DNA of 64,000 bases, taken from positions 4,691 through 68,690 of IMG/VR virus record IMGVR_UViG_3300044800_000040. One strand, written 5' to 3'. Shown here piece by piece: positions 62,161-64,000 of this stretch. The notes beneath the pieces are model-generated. The model saw nothing but the letters and a program-made list of their open reading frames with translations. It had not been told where the DNA came from and made no database searches. A program made the translations under genes and the position numbers. Each line of letters opens with the position of its first letter. Position 1 is the stretch's first letter. Source of the stretch: a virus.

Positions 62161-62349
62161 ATGTCGTGGGGCGTGTTCGAGATAAAGGATCCCGTGGGAC
62201 GCTTGATGGAGGTCCACGTGGCACCTTCTACCCGGGATGGTCTTTTGGTGGGCCATCACACCCTCACTCCGGGTTGCTACTGCCAGCCCGAATACCAGGA
62301 CGAAGGCCCGCGCTGCGCTCCTGTCTACATTCACAACTTGGAGAACTGA
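62161..62349 (+). CDS. Small His/Cys protein
   Basis: HVAP...H...CYCQP...YIHN. Confidence 0.55.
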   Translation: MSWGVFEIKDPVGRLMEVHVAPSTRDGLLVGHHTLTPGCYCQPEYQDEGPRCAPVYIHNLEN

Positions 62350-62350
62350 T

Positions 62351-62602
62351 ATGGCACTCATCTTGCACATGCCCAAGAACGAGCCCAGCGCAGACCTCAT
62401 CATGGTGCTGGAGGATCTGCTGGAGCGGGCCAAGGCGGGCGACATCACCAGCATGGGCTTCATCGTGCGGGGCAAGGACGACAGCAACGCGGGCAACGGC
62501 TGGACGGACGGCTTCATTGACAACCCGGCCGAGGCTCTGGGCTGGCTCGGGTACATGCAGCAGCGCATCTACCACAACATGAGCTTCGTGGAGACCGAGT
62601 GA
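62351..62602 (+). CDS. Hypothetical protein
   Basis: GGAG RBS; coupled to TerL. Confidence 0.6.
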   Translation: MALILHMPKNEPSADLIMVLEDLLERAKAGDITSMGFIVRGKDDSNAGNGWTDGFIDNPAEALGWLGYMQQRIYHNMSFVETE

Positions 62603-63957
62603 ACCTGGCACTGAACCCAGCCCTACCCAACCGCTGGACGGCGCTCCGCCCGCATGACGAGCAGCGCCGTCTGTGGCGTTCGAAGGCCCGGTTCAGGGTC
62701 GTGCCGGCTGGGCGTCGTAGTGGCAAGACAGAGCTCGCGAAGCGGTATCTGGTGCGCCGGGCCGTAGTCGCCCACGAGGAGCGCCCCCAGTACGATAGCT
62801 GGTTCTTCTTCGCAGCAGCCCCTACGCGGGATCAAGCCAAGCGCATTTACTGGGATGACCTGAAGCGTCTGGTGCCCGACGACCTGATCCTGTCCATCAG
62901 CGAGAGCCAGCTCATCATCAAGCTGATCACCGGAGCCGAGATCCATGTCATTGGCATGGACAAGCCCGAGCGCATCGAGGGCACGCCCTGGGATGGCGGC
63001 ATCCTCGACGAGTATGGCAACATGAAGGCCCGCACCTGGACGTTGCACGTGCGTCCTGCCCTGTCCGACCGCGGTGGCTGGTGCTGGCTCATCGGCGTGC
63101 CGGAAGGGCGCAACCACTACTACGACATTTTCAAGAATGCCCAGGCCGACGACACAGGGGAGTGGGATGCGTTCCATTGGAAGAGTGCTGACATCCTGCC
63201 CGCAGCGGAAGTGGAAGCTGCCAGGCGCGATCTGGACGAGCTGTCCTTCCAGCAGGAGTACGAGGGCAGCTTCATCCACTTCCAGGGCCGGGCCTACTAC
63301 ACGTTCGACGAGAAGATCCATTGCCGTGCGCTCACGTATGACCCCGTGCAGCCGCTCATCATTTGCTTCGACTTCAACGTGAGTCCAGGCGTCGCCGTTG
63401 TCTGCCAGGAGCAGGTGCTCCCGGGCGTATTCCTGGCCGATGGTGAGCCGGTCATTGGGACTGGCGTCATTGGCGAGGTTCACATCCCCAGGAACAGCAA
63501 CACCCCGGCCGTGTGCCGCAAGTTGGTGCAGGACTGGGGTGGCCACCTGGGCAAGGTGTTCGCGTATGGTGACGCGACGGGTGGTGCGAAGGGCACTGCC
63601 AAGCTCCAGGGCAGTGACTGGGACATCATCGCACAGGAGCTGCGGCCGACCTTCGGGCAGCGCCTGTTCTTCCGAGTGCCCAAGTCCAACCCTGCCGAGC
63701 GTGTGCGCGTCAACAGCATGAACACTCGGTTCCAATCGGCGACGGGCCTGGTGCGCATGATGGTCGACGCCAGGCGAGCCCCCCATGTCGTGCGTGACTT
63801 GGAAGGTGTGCGAGTGCTCGAGGGCGGCAGTGGTGAAATCGACAAGCAGAGCGACCCCCACCTCACCCACTTGTCTGATGCTGTGGGCTACTATATCGTG
63901 CGTGAGTACCCGATCATCAAGCTGATCGGCGAACAACAAGAACTGCGAATCGTCTAG
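62599..63957 (+). CDS. terL: Terminase large subunit
   Basis: AGRRSGKT, AAPTRDQAK, ILDE, GVPEGRNH, FQQEY, DFN, HLSDAVGY. Confidence 0.95.
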   Translation: MNLALNPALPNRWTALRPHDEQRRLWRSKARFRVVPAGRRSGKTELAKRYLVRRAVVAHEERPQYDSWFFFAAAPTRDQAKRIYWDDLKRLVPDDLILSISESQLIIKLITGAEIHVIGMDKPERIEGTPWDGGILDEYGNMKARTWTLHVRPALSDRGGWCWLIGVPEGRNHYYDIFKNAQADDTGEWDAFHWKSADILPAAEVEAARRDLDELSFQQEYEGSFIHFQGRAYYTFDEKIHCRALTYDPVQPLIICFDFNVSPGVAVVCQEQVLPGVFLADGEPVIGTGVIGEVHIPRNSNTPAVCRKLVQDWGGHLGKVFAYGDATGGAKGTAKLQGSDWDIIAQELRPTFGQRLFFRVPKSNPAERVRVNSMNTRFQSATGLVRMMVDARRAPHVVRDLEGVRVLEGGSGEIDKQSDPHLTHLSDAVGYYIVREYPIIKLIGEQQELRIV

Positions 63958-64000
63958 GAGGCCACATATGCCCGGAGTCGTCGATCCCAACCTGCCCGCA

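Noticed and set aside
63968-64000. Start of the portal gene
   Set aside because: An RBS and ATG are present and the position fits, but 11 codons are too few to call.

Overview
The window covers most of a GC-rich tailed dsDNA phage genome with siphovirus-type tail genes. No integrase, portal or major capsid gene is recognisable inside it. A plus-strand late block (1-20.3 kb) holds head-tail, tail and lysis genes. A minus-strand block (20.6-59.3 kb) holds Ro60/TROVE, a split SbcCD, RecA, SSB, clamp loader and clamp, a UDG-fused PolA, a 7-deazaguanine DNA modification cluster, DnaB, primase, an SNF2 helicase, an alarmone hydrolase and a sigma-like factor. A plus-strand block from 59.7 kb holds the terminases. 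Five things stand out. (1) A Ro60 gene sits downstream of a promoter-driven tandem array of four Y-RNA-like units, one a permuted tRNA mimic. (2) Two inteins carry their nuclease in the +1 frame with its own RBS while the intein frame stays open. (3) dpdA has an internal RBS/start, and three free-standing micro-ORFs resemble its N-terminal module. (4) Three type II hammerhead ribozymes punctuate the early operon. (5) A recurrent GCGTATAAT promoter motif appears on the minus strand. All calls come from reading the sequence and motifs by eye; no database searches were run.
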